Positions 37,961 to 46,538 of a stretch of 59,789 bases of DNA are shown in pieces (position 1 is the stretch's first letter; every line of letters starts with the position of its first letter). A model generated the notes under the pieces. It was not told the DNA's origin, did no database searches, and worked only from the letters and a program-made list of their open reading frames with translations. Both the position numbers and the translations under genes were made by a program. The stretch lies in assembly GCA_002410925.1 (NCBI GenBank), contig DHPR01000035.1:1-59789 (forward strand), written 5' to 3'. The stretch comes from a bacterium UBP13_UBA5359 (lineage in GTDB: Bacteria; UBP13; UBA5359).

Positions 37961-40876
37961 ATGATTGATGTTGCTTCCTCTTACACTTCCATGCCGGCAC
38001 TGCTGGCCCGCATCGAGACCGAGCTTGAATTCGCCGGTAAGTTACTGCAGTTCTTTCCCGATGAGGCTTGTGCCGCCGAAAGGGAGGAGGCACAGGCCTT
38101 TTTGGCTCGCAGCCGGAGCGGCATGAGTGCCGATAACGCCGGCGCTATAGTGGCCGAATGCGAGAGGATGCTGACCAAAACGGCGACTCTGGCCAAGAGC
38201 ATTACCGTGCACATGGTAGCTCATGCCCATATAGATATGAACTGGATGTGGGGCTACGATGAGACGGTGGCTGTCACTCTGGATACCTTCGGGACCATGC
38301 TGAAGCTGATGGAGCGCTACCCGGAGTTCACCTTCTCGCAGAGCCAGGCTTCGGTTTACCGGATAGTGGAGAAGTACAACCCGGCCATGCTGAAGGAGAT
38401 CAGGCAGAGGGTAGCCGAGGGACGCTGGGAGGTATCCTCCTGCACCTGGGTGGAAGGGGATAAGAACATGGCCTCCGGCGAGAGCCAGGTGCGCCAGGTA
38501 TTGTATGCCAAGCGCTTCTTCCGTGATATCTTCGGCCTAAGCTATGACGATATCAGGCTGGACTTCGAGCCGGACACCTTTGGCCATAATCTCAATATTC
38601 CGGCCATCCTGGCCCAGGCGGGCGTCAGGTATTACTATCACTGCCGGGCTACGGACGGTCCCAAGCTCTCCCGTTGGCAGTCCCCGGACGGCAGCAGCCT
38701 GCTCTGCTACTTTGAAAAGGGCGACGACTGGTACAACTACGACGTCAGCGCTGCCAGGGTGGTCGATTCGGCCTACAATGAGATCAAGGAGACCGGTTGC
38801 CGGGAGGTGCTGCGCGTCTACGGTGTGGGTGACCACGGCGGAGGCCCTACCGTTAGGGATATAGAAAGCATCATAGAGATGGCCGCTTGGCCCGTATTCC
38901 CCACTGCCAGGTTCTCCACCTACGGAGAGTATTTCAACCGCATCGAGGCCGCCGATCCGGATTTACCTCGGCTGGAAGGAGAGCGCAACTTCATCTTTAC
39001 CGGCTGCTATACCTCGCAATCGGATACCAAGGCCGCCAACCGTTACGGCGAGAAACTGCTGTTCACCGCCGAAGCCCTGGCCGCTCTGGCCGGGAAGCTA
39101 GACAAGGATTTCAGCTACCCGCAGGCCAATCTGCAGGACGCTTGGGAGAAGGTACTCTTCAGCCAGTTTCACGATATCTTGCCCGGCTCAGGCAAACGCC
39201 AGACCAGGCATTATGCACTGGGACAGCATCAGGAAGTCAAAGCTGCCGCCGGAGTGGCACTGAAATCGGCTCTGGCGGCCATCAACGGCGCCATCGATAC
39301 CGGAGCCGTTATCAAAGCGGCCGGTATACAAGCTGTCGTCGGTGAGGATAGAGCATTCGGCGCCGGTGCGGGCTTCTGGCAGGTAGCTAAGGGGGTATCG
39401 CTCCCGGCTGTGGATGACAGGAACTGCCGCCTCTTCACCGTTTTCAATCCCTCGTCCTTCCCGCGCTCGGAGGTAGTGGAGGCGGTGCTCTGGGATATGG
39501 AAGACAGCGAGGGAGCTCTGGTCGTCAAGGACGACCGCGGCCGAGAAGTTGCCTATCAGATGCTGGAAGAGCCGCGTTACTACTGGGGTCATACCTTTCA
39601 ACGGATACTCTTTGAAGCCGGCGATGTGCCGGCGCTGGGATATAAAACCTTTATCGTCTACCGTGATGCTGCCAGACAGGCGAAGGAACTGGAAGAGTGG
39701 AATTATCGTCTGGAAGCGTCCACAGAGGCCACATTGGAGAACGAAATCCTGAGAGTCGAGCTGGATACCGCCAGCGGCGCCGTCAAGAGTTTGGTAATGA
39801 AGGATATCGGCACCGAATTCGTCCCCCGTCAGGAGGCGACGGCGCTGTTCAGGATTATCGATGAAGGTCCGAGTATATCCGCTGCCAACGGCAAAACCAA
39901 TCCGGGCATGACCGCCTGGCAGATCGGAGCCTACGCCGGCATCGAGCCGGTAAAGGGTGTCCGGTATATCGATGAGGGACAGCCGGACTTCACTTTAGGA
40001 GTGGAGAAGACATCCTTCAAAGCGGTCAGAGGCGCGCTGAGAACCGGCTTTGTCTGGACCGCCCGACTGCGTAACTCCGAGCTGACCACAGCCGTATATC
40101 TGGATAAAGGCTCGGACCGTATCAATATCGATTGTCAGTGCAACTGGCTGGAGACGGGGCGGCCGGGAGGATACGTGCCGCAGCTTAACATCGTCTTCCC
40201 GCTGGCGCTGGAAGGCACGGTCCGCCACTTTGAAGTGCCGTTCGGCGCCATACGCCGGGATGCCCGAAACATGGACCTGCCCGCCCTGCGCTGGGCCGAT
40301 ATCTCCGGCATCGTCAAAGGCACCGGCAGTCAGGCCGGGTTGACGGTCATGACCGATTCCAAATACGGCTACCGCGCCGGCGATGACAGCCTGGCTGTTT
40401 CGTTGATCAGGAGCAGTTACGATCCCGATCCTTTTCCAGAGCTGGGCGAGCATCGTTTCTCTCTGGCCCTGCGCCCGCATTACGGACCCTGTGATAAGGC
40501 CGCGGCTTTCCGCCAGGCCATCGCCTTTGAACAGCCGTTGATCGTCTCCCAGGCCACTGCCGGCGGGGGCACCATGCCGTCTGAAGGATCGTTTCTCGAG
40601 GTTATGAACGATAACCTGGTTCTGTCTGCCCTGAAGCGGCAGGAAGACGGTGACGGCATCGTGGTCAGGCTTTACGAGATAGCCGGTCGGGATACACAGG
40701 CCAAAATACGCTTCTCCCCCCAACTGGCCGGCCCCGGCGCGATGGTAGCGGAGACGGATTTGCTGGAACGCAAGACAGGTAAAGCTAGGGAAGTAGCGAA
40801 TAACGCCGTCATCTTCCACGTGCCGGCTTACGGTATATTGACCTTGTTGCTGGAAAACGCTCCAATGGGTAATTAA
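37961..40876 (+). CDS. alpha-mannosidase (GH38), cytoplasmic
   Basis: HAHIDMNWMW, FSQSQ, PDTFGH, YGVGDHGGGPT, GCYTSQ, QFHDILPGS, FEVPFG, KYGY; no signal peptide. Confidence 0.95.
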   Translation: MIDVASSYTSMPALLARIETELEFAGKLLQFFPDEACAAEREEAQAFLARSRSGMSADNAGAIVAECERMLTKTATLAKSITVHMVAHAHIDMNWMWGYDETVAVTLDTFGTMLKLMERYPEFTFSQSQASVYRIVEKYNPAMLKEIRQRVAEGRWEVSSCTWVEGDKNMASGESQVRQVLYAKRFFRDIFGLSYDDIRLDFEPDTFGHNLNIPAILAQAGVRYYYHCRATDGPKLSRWQSPDGSSLLCYFEKGDDWYNYDVSAARVVDSAYNEIKETGCREVLRVYGVGDHGGGPTVRDIESIIEMAAWPVFPTARFSTYGEYFNRIEAADPDLPRLEGERNFIFTGCYTSQSDTKAANRYGEKLLFTAEALAALAGKLDKDFSYPQANLQDAWEKVLFSQFHDILPGSGKRQTRHYALGQHQEVKAAAGVALKSALAAINGAIDTGAVIKAAGIQAVVGEDRAFGAGAGFWQVAKGVSLPAVDDRNCRLFTVFNPSSFPRSEVVEAVLWDMEDSEGALVVKDDRGREVAYQMLEEPRYYWGHTFQRILFEAGDVPALGYKTFIVYRDAARQAKELEEWNYRLEASTEATLENEILRVELDTASGAVKSLVMKDIGTEFVPRQEATALFRIIDEGPSISAANGKTNPGMTAWQIGAYAGIEPVKGVRYIDEGQPDFTLGVEKTSFKAVRGALRTGFVWTARLRNSELTTAVYLDKGSDRINIDCQCNWLETGRPGGYVPQLNIVFPLALEGTVRHFEVPFGAIRRDARNMDLPALRWADISGIVKGTGSQAGLTVMTDSKYGYRAGDDSLAVSLIRSSYDPDPFPELGEHRFSLALRPHYGPCDKAAAFRQAIAFEQPLIVSQATAGGGTMPSEGSFLEVMNDNLVLSALKRQEDGDGIVVRLYEIAGRDTQAKIRFSPQLAGPGAMVAETDLLERKTGKAREVANNAVIFHVPAYGILTLLLENAPMGN

Positions 40877-40962
40877 GATCAAATTCGGGTATGAATAACG
40901 GGTAGGACAGCTTTATATTCGGCAGAAAGAGTGTTGCAGCAAAGCGAAAAGGAGAGCCTTCA

Positions 40963-43062
40963 TTGAGTGAGAAGAATGGCAGAACGAGAAGGATAACTTT
41001 GACCATCGGCGGGCTGCATTGCGCTGATTGCGCCCTCAGCCTGGAAAAGATGCTGGCGCATCTTAAAGGTGTTCGCGAAGTCAACCTCAATTATATCTAT
41101 GAAACGGCAACCATCAGTTATGATCCCGATCTGACTGCCCCGGGCGATATCATGCGTGCCATTGGTCGTCCCGGATATCGGATAGCCGAGATGAAGAGGG
41201 AGCATCCCTCCTTTCTGACCGAGCATTACGAGAGCATCCTGCTGATCTTCGTCGGAGCGTTGCTGCTTTGCGGCTGGATATTCAGCTATTTTGCCTCGCT
41301 GCGATCGGCCGGCTTGATTTTGACACTGGCCGGAGCCCTGATAGCGCTCTATCCTATTGCCCGCAGTGCCGTGGCTACCCTGCTGGGGCGCAATCTGAAT
41401 GTGGATGTGCTGGTGACGCTGGCTGTTATCGCTGCTCTGATAATCGGCAAGCCCCTGGAAGCCGGGTTGGTAGCCTTGATCATGCTTCTGGGAGAGGTCC
41501 TGGAAGATTTCACGGCCGATCGCACCAGATTGGCCGTCAGAAGGCTTCTAGATATAGGCCCTACCCGGGCTGGATTGATACGCGACGGCAAGGAGGTCAG
41601 CGTCCCTGCTGCAGAGGTAGGTGTCGGTGATAGAGTCATTATCAGGCCGGGAGAGCGCATACCGGTGGACGGGGTTATTGTCTACGGTGAGGCATCCATC
41701 AATGAAGCGGCTATAACGGGAGAGTATCTTCCTACCGATAAAGCTGCCGGTGCCGAAGTTTTTACTGGAACAGTGGTGGAGAGCGGGGCGCTGGAAGTGG
41801 AAGCTGCAAAGGTGGGAGAGGATACTACTCTGGCCCGAATACGTACTCTGGTGCAGGATGCCCAGCAGAAGAAGGCTCCAGTGCAGAGGATTATGGCTCG
41901 CTATGCCGCATGGTTTGTACCCGCCGTAATCATACTGGCCCTGGGCGTATGGGGCTTTACCGGTTCCATCATCCAGGCTATAACGGTATTGGTAGTGGCC
42001 TGTCCCTGTGCCCTGGTTCTGGCCACGCCTACCGCTGTAGCCGCCGGCATAGGCAGTGCTGCCGGTAAGGGAGTCCTGATAAAGGGTGGAAGTTATCTGG
42101 AGAGAGCAGGTGAAGTAAACGCGGTGGCCTTTGACAAGACAGGTACTCTTACCACCGGGCGGGTAACGGTTGCCGGCGTAGTGCCTGCTGAAGGCTATCA
42201 GAAAGAGGATGTTTTTCTTATAGCTCTGGAGGCGGAGAGGCTCTCTGAACACCCCCTGGCGCGAGCCATACTGGTGGAAGCGAAACGCAAAGGGGTATCG
42301 CCCCGCAAGCTTCGGACGGAATTCAAAAGTCGGCGTGGCCTGGGCATCGAAGCTATTATAGAAGGGCAGCTTGTGTTGATAGGCAACCGGCATCTGATGC
42401 TGGATAGGGGATGGGGTATCCCTCACGACATGGAAGAGGCGTTGCGTGCGCATGAACAGAAGGGTGAAACCCCTGTGATAGTGGGCCGGGAGGGAGAGAT
42501 CATGGGCATCATAACCTTCTCCGACACCCTGAGGCCTGAAGCAAAGGAAGCCGTCTCGCGTCTGAAGCGATTGGGAATAGGCCGCATAATCATGTTGACG
42601 GGGGATAATCCGCATACAGCCTCAGCTATAGCCGAACGTTTAGGAATAGATTTCAGAGCCAACCTTTTGCCGGAAGAGAAGGTGGAAGCGATTAATGATC
42701 TCAAACGCCATTACAGCGTAGCTATGGTTGGTGACGGTATTAACGATGCTCCGGCTCTGGCTCAAGCGGACCTGGGCATAGCCATGGGAGCAGCCGGCTC
42801 TGAGATCGCCATAGAGGTTGCGGATATCGCGCTTATGGCAGATGATCTAACCAAGGTAGCCACCGCCATAGACCTCAGCCGGCGTTCTCTATCCCGAATC
42901 AAATACAACTTTATCTTTGCTGTGGTCTTCAACGTCGGAGCTATTGCACTAGCCGCTACCGGCGTCATCGGCTTAATAACCGGAGCCGTTCTGCACCAAT
43001 TCAGTTCACTGGCGGTAATCCTCAACTCAGCTTTGCTGCTGGCGTATAAAGAGAAGAGGTGA
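40963..43062 (+). CDS. heavy-metal-translocating P1B-type ATPase
   Basis: HMA GLHCADC, TGE, CPC, DKTGT, HP, MVGDGINDAP. Confidence 0.95.
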   Translation: MSEKNGRTRRITLTIGGLHCADCALSLEKMLAHLKGVREVNLNYIYETATISYDPDLTAPGDIMRAIGRPGYRIAEMKREHPSFLTEHYESILLIFVGALLLCGWIFSYFASLRSAGLILTLAGALIALYPIARSAVATLLGRNLNVDVLVTLAVIAALIIGKPLEAGLVALIMLLGEVLEDFTADRTRLAVRRLLDIGPTRAGLIRDGKEVSVPAAEVGVGDRVIIRPGERIPVDGVIVYGEASINEAAITGEYLPTDKAAGAEVFTGTVVESGALEVEAAKVGEDTTLARIRTLVQDAQQKKAPVQRIMARYAAWFVPAVIILALGVWGFTGSIIQAITVLVVACPCALVLATPTAVAAGIGSAAGKGVLIKGGSYLERAGEVNAVAFDKTGTLTTGRVTVAGVVPAEGYQKEDVFLIALEAERLSEHPLARAILVEAKRKGVSPRKLRTEFKSRRGLGIEAIIEGQLVLIGNRHLMLDRGWGIPHDMEEALRAHEQKGETPVIVGREGEIMGIITFSDTLRPEAKEAVSRLKRLGIGRIIMLTGDNPHTASAIAERLGIDFRANLLPEEKVEAINDLKRHYSVAMVGDGINDAPALAQADLGIAMGAAGSEIAIEVADIALMADDLTKVATAIDLSRRSLSRIKYNFIFAVVFNVGAIALAATGVIGLITGAVLHQFSSLAVILNSALLLAYKEKR

Positions 43063-43076
43063 CCTCTTCGATAAGC

Positions 43077-43367
43077 TCATACCAACCGGGAAAGATTCCG
43101 TGCCAGGCTGCCGATAGCCCGGCGTGGATCCTCATCATGGCATAAGCTCTCTTCCAGACACCGATCCATCTGAGCATTGATGAAGGAGAGGCAGGCTTTA
43201 CGAAAGGCAGCCCGGGTGGCGGCAAACTGAATCATGATCTCCTCGCAATCCCGGCCATCTTCTATCATGCGCTGCAGGCCGCGCACCTGCCCCTCGATAC
43301 GACGCAGTCGCGCCGAAAGATCATTGCTGTGCCTTGCGCCTATATCCTGTTTATCATTTACAGCCAT
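43077..43367 (-). CDS. CsoR/RcnR/CstR-family transcriptional repressor
   Basis: RLRRIEGQVRGLQRMIE...DCEEI..Q..A.RAA...C motif. Confidence 0.92.
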   Translation of the reverse strand: MAVNDKQDIGARHSNDLSARLRRIEGQVRGLQRMIEDGRDCEEIMIQFAATRAAFRKACLSFINAQMDRCLEESLCHDEDPRRAIGSLARNLSRLV

Positions 43368-43457
43368 AATGTTTTTCCCTTATTTTTGAGCGAATACTCC
43401 TTCGCAGCTCTTTTGCTAGCGCTGCGAAGGGTGGAGAGACTGCCGCCTGTAGCAGCC

Positions 43458-43916
43458 TTACTTTGTCAGATACGGTCTAAGCTTGGCGGCCAAGGCATTT
43501 TTGTCCACATAGCCGATAATCTGGTCCACCTTCTCCCCGTTTTTGAAGATTATCAGCGTCGGGATGCTTCTGATGCCGTAGCGGGAGGCCAGGACGCTCT
43601 CTTCGTCCACGTTGACCTTGCCCACCTTGAGCGAATCTCCGTTTTCCTGGGCTATTTCCTCGAGGATTGGAGCTACCATACGGCAGGGGCCGCACCAGGC
43701 AGCCCAGAAATCCACCAGGACCGGTTTGTCGCTCTGTAATACCTCACTATCGAAATTATTGGTTGTCAGGTGCAGTACTTCCACTTTTAACTCCTCCTTC
43801 ACAAAGGTTGCCTTGTTACTCTTTATTGTTTCGTTTCTTTTTACTGCATAACCTGTTCCGGCTGCTGCTGTTATCAGGACTACCAGCGCTGACACGATTA
43901 GGGTCGAGGGCTTCAA
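43458..43916 (-). CDS. thioredoxin; a short form starts at GTG 43784 and a longer in-frame form carries a signal peptide
   Basis: [27 protein letters not shown] before GTG 43784; upstream in-frame hydrophobic segment. Confidence 0.9.
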   Translation of the reverse strand: MKPSTLIVSALVVLITAAAGTGYAVKRNETIKSNKATFVKEELKVEVLHLTTNNFDSEVLQSDKPVLVDFWAAWCGPCRMVAPILEEIAQENGDSLKVGKVNVDEESVLASRYGIRSIPTLIIFKNGEKVDQIIGYVDKNALAAKLRPYLTK

Positions 43917-43933
43917 TCCTATCACCGGCTTTC

Positions 43934-43965
43934 CTTTCAATATACCCCCGGGGGTATATTGAAAG
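43934..43965. promoter_or_regulatory. perfect 32-bp palindrome, CsoR/CstR-type operator
   Basis: CTTTCAATATACCCCC|GGGGGTATATTGAAAG, with the TACCCC..GGGGTA core typical of CsoR-family operators; overlaps the -10/TSS of the trx-csoR promoter. Confidence 0.85.
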
Positions 43966-43992
43966 TATATCTCAAGCCCTATGCTTTGTCAA
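43964..43992 (-). promoter_or_regulatory. sigma70 promoter for the thioredoxin-csoR operon
   Basis: Minus strand TTGACA-17-TATACT. Confidence 0.85.
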
Positions 43993-43993
43993 C

Positions 43994-44431
43994 TCATTTC
44001 AGCTGTTGAGCCAACCAGTCCAGCAAAGCTTTCTTATCCCTGTATCCTATGCTGCGGGCAACCTCTTTGCCTTCTTTAAAGAGAATCAGCGTGGGAATGC
44101 TGCGGATATTATATTTGTTGGCCAATTCCTTGGATTTGTCGGAATCGACTTTGCATACCTTGAGCCTTTCAGCTTTCTCTTTGGCTATCTCTGCGATAAT
44201 GGGCGCCAGCATGCGGCAGGGTCCGCACCAATCAGCGTAGAAATCTACCAACACGGGCTTTTTGCTTTTGAGAACCTCGCTGCCAAAGTTCTTTTCCGTG
44301 ACCAGCTTCGCTTCACCTTTGGGTTTATCCTCCTTACCCTTTTTCTTACTGCCGTCAGCCAGGCTAAGCCCGATGGTCATCACTACTGCAATCAGTACCA
44401 GCACACCTGCAAAATATTTGAACCTTCGCAT
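43994..44431 (-). CDS. thioredoxin with an N-terminal signal peptide/membrane anchor
   Basis: MRRFKYFAGVLVLIAVVMTIGLSLA, then VLVDFYADWCGPC; AAAGGAGG RBS. Confidence 0.9.
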   Translation of the reverse strand: MRRFKYFAGVLVLIAVVMTIGLSLADGSKKKGKEDKPKGEAKLVTEKNFGSEVLKSKKPVLVDFYADWCGPCRMLAPIIAEIAKEKAERLKVCKVDSDKSKELANKYNIRSIPTLILFKEGKEVARSIGYRDKKALLDWLAQQLK

Positions 44432-44568
44432 ACAACTCGCCTCCTTTTATAAATTATAGAGGTGATATATCGTAATATATTCTGTGTCGGTAATCTTTTA
44501 CCCTTCTGCCGGCTGCAACGGCAGGTTTTTAAGCGAAAACGGCGAAATTCTAATACGGCAGGTGTTTG

Positions 44569-45054
44569 ATGAAAAGAATAGGTGTTATCTCCGATACTCA
44601 TATTCCCAGCCGGGCCAAAGCCATGCCGGGCAAGGTTTTCGAGCTCTTCGAAGGCGCCGACATGATATTTCATGCCGGCGATATAGTCTCCTTTGATGTT
44701 TTACATGAACTTGAGCTGCTGGCACCTGTTTATGCCGTGGCTGGAAATATGGATAACTGGGAAGTCCGCCTTGAACTGCCGCTCAAACGGACTATAATAG
44801 TTGAGGCCGTCACCTTCGGCTTAACGCATGGACATCTGTTCAACGTGCGGTCGGAGCGTGCAATCAGGGAGGCTATGGGCGATATCGATTGCCTGATATA
44901 TGGGCATACTCATAAGGCTGCCTTCGAGTATATCGACGATATCGGTATCTTCAACCCCGGTGCCACCGTGGGTGGGACAGATAGTTTCGTAGGCCTGATA
45001 ACCGTGGATGGAGATAACTTTACGCCTGATTGGATAGCGGTCAAGAGGGATTGA
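44569..45054 (+). CDS. YfcE/MJ0936-family metallophosphoesterase
   Basis: ISDTH, HAGD, GNMD, THGH, GHTH, NPG motifs. Confidence 0.92.
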   Translation: MKRIGVISDTHIPSRAKAMPGKVFELFEGADMIFHAGDIVSFDVLHELELLAPVYAVAGNMDNWEVRLELPLKRTIIVEAVTFGLTHGHLFNVRSERAIREAMGDIDCLIYGHTHKAAFEYIDDIGIFNPGATVGGTDSFVGLITVDGDNFTPDWIAVKRD

Positions 45055-45083
45055 TATTTCAATAAAATCGGGAGGATAGGGCA

Positions 45084-46358
45084 ATGAGTATGAGAGATAA
45101 CGTAGTGGAAGCTGCTTATAATCTGGCAAAAGAAAGATATGGTAAGCTGGGAGTAGATACCGATAAGGTGCTGCAGCGCCTTCAGGAGATCTCCATCTCT
45201 CTGCATTGCTGGCAGGGAGATGATGTAGGCGGTTTTGAAGTGCAGGACGCTTCTTTATCCGGCAGCGGTTTACAGGCTACCGGCAATTATCCGGGCAAGG
45301 CCCGTAATGTGGAAGAGCTGCGTCAGGACCTGCTCAAAGCGCTCTCTCTTATTCCGGGCAGGCATCGTGTGAATCTGCATGCCATCTATGGTGAGTTCGG
45401 CGGACGGCAAGTGGACAGGGATCAGGTGGATGTGGAGCATTTCTCAGGCTGGGTGGATTGGGCTGTTGCCAATAATTTGAAACTGGACATGAACGGCTCT
45501 TTCTTTGCTCATCCCATGGCGTCGACCGGCTATACTCTAAGTAGTAAAGACGCCGAAATAAGGCATTTTTGGATAGAGCATGCCGGGCGTTGCAGAAAAA
45601 TAGCCGCCTATATGGGCAACAGATTGGGTTCGGCGGCTATACATAATCTATGGGTGCCGGACGGCTCCAAAGATATGCCGGCGGATAGGTTCTCTCACAG
45701 GAGGCTTTTAAAAGAATCTCTTGATGCTATCTACGCAATCAAACACAGCGATACCGAGATGAAAGACTCCCTTGAGGGCAAACTTTTTGGTATCGGCAGC
45801 GAGGCCTTCGTAGTAGGTTCGCATGAATTTTATGTCAGCTATGCTCTGGCCAACGGCAAGATTCTCTGTCTGGATACCGGGCATTTCCATCCTACCGAGA
45901 CCGTGACGGACAAGATATCCGCTCTGTTGCAATTCTGCGAAGAGCTGCTACTTCATGTCAGCCGCGGCGTGCGCTGGGACAGCGATCATGTCGTTATTCT
46001 TGGCGACGATCTTCTGGCTGTCATGCAGGAGATTGTACGGGCTGATGCTTTGCAGAGAGTACACCTGGCTCTGGATTATTTTGATGCCAGTATCAATCGC
46101 ATCGGAGCCTACGTTATAGGAACAAGGGCTACTCTCAAGGCATTGCTGGCTGCACTGCTGGAACCAACGGAGCAACTGGTAGCGCTGGAAGAGAAAAACG
46201 ATAATTTTGCCAGGCTGGCTCTTATGGATGAATTGAGGAATATGCCGCTGGGTGCAGTTTGGGATTATTACTGTCTGCAGGCCGGCGTGCCTGTCGGCAC
46301 GGACTGGCTGGACGAGGCCAGGAAATATGAAACTGAGGTATTGTCCGGCCGGAGTTAA
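45084..46358 (+). CDS. rhaA: L-rhamnose isomerase
   Basis: SLHCWQGDDV, TGNYPGKAR, NLHAIY, WVPDGSKD, KLFGIGSE, GHFHPTE, SRGVRWDSDHV, DYFDASINR. Confidence 0.96.
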   Translation: MSMRDNVVEAAYNLAKERYGKLGVDTDKVLQRLQEISISLHCWQGDDVGGFEVQDASLSGSGLQATGNYPGKARNVEELRQDLLKALSLIPGRHRVNLHAIYGEFGGRQVDRDQVDVEHFSGWVDWAVANNLKLDMNGSFFAHPMASTGYTLSSKDAEIRHFWIEHAGRCRKIAAYMGNRLGSAAIHNLWVPDGSKDMPADRFSHRRLLKESLDAIYAIKHSDTEMKDSLEGKLFGIGSEAFVVGSHEFYVSYALANGKILCLDTGHFHPTETVTDKISALLQFCEELLLHVSRGVRWDSDHVVILGDDLLAVMQEIVRADALQRVHLALDYFDASINRIGAYVIGTRATLKALLAALLEPTEQLVALEEKNDNFARLALMDELRNMPLGAVWDYYCLQAGVPVGTDWLDEARKYETEVLSGRS

Positions 46359-46372
46359 TATAACCTTAACAT
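46355..46372 (+). promoter_or_regulatory. putative Pho box upstream of phoPR
   Basis: TTAATAT-aacc-TTAACAT direct repeat with 11-bp period. Confidence 0.6.
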
Positions 46373-46387
46373 CGGGCTGGTATATAT

Positions 46388-46511
46388 AGTCTGAAGTCTG
46401 AAGTAGAACGCTCACGCACGAACTGATAGCCTTATCCAGGCTTGGAAGTAAGCCTGGATACTTAAAGGCTAAAGCAGTCTACCGGAGCGTAACTACTTCA
46501 GACTTCAGACT
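46388..46511. repeat. 124-bp fold-back element with 19-bp perfect terminal inverted repeats
   Basis: AGTCTGAAGTCTGAAGTAG / CTACTTCAGACTTCAGACT, plus inner stem ATCCAGGCTT/AAGCCTGGAT. Confidence 0.8.
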
Positions 46512-46538
46512 GCGAAAATACAGAGGTAGAGAGACGTA

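Noticed and set aside
41548-42615. 355-aa antisense ORF
   Set aside because: Shadow of the P-type ATPase
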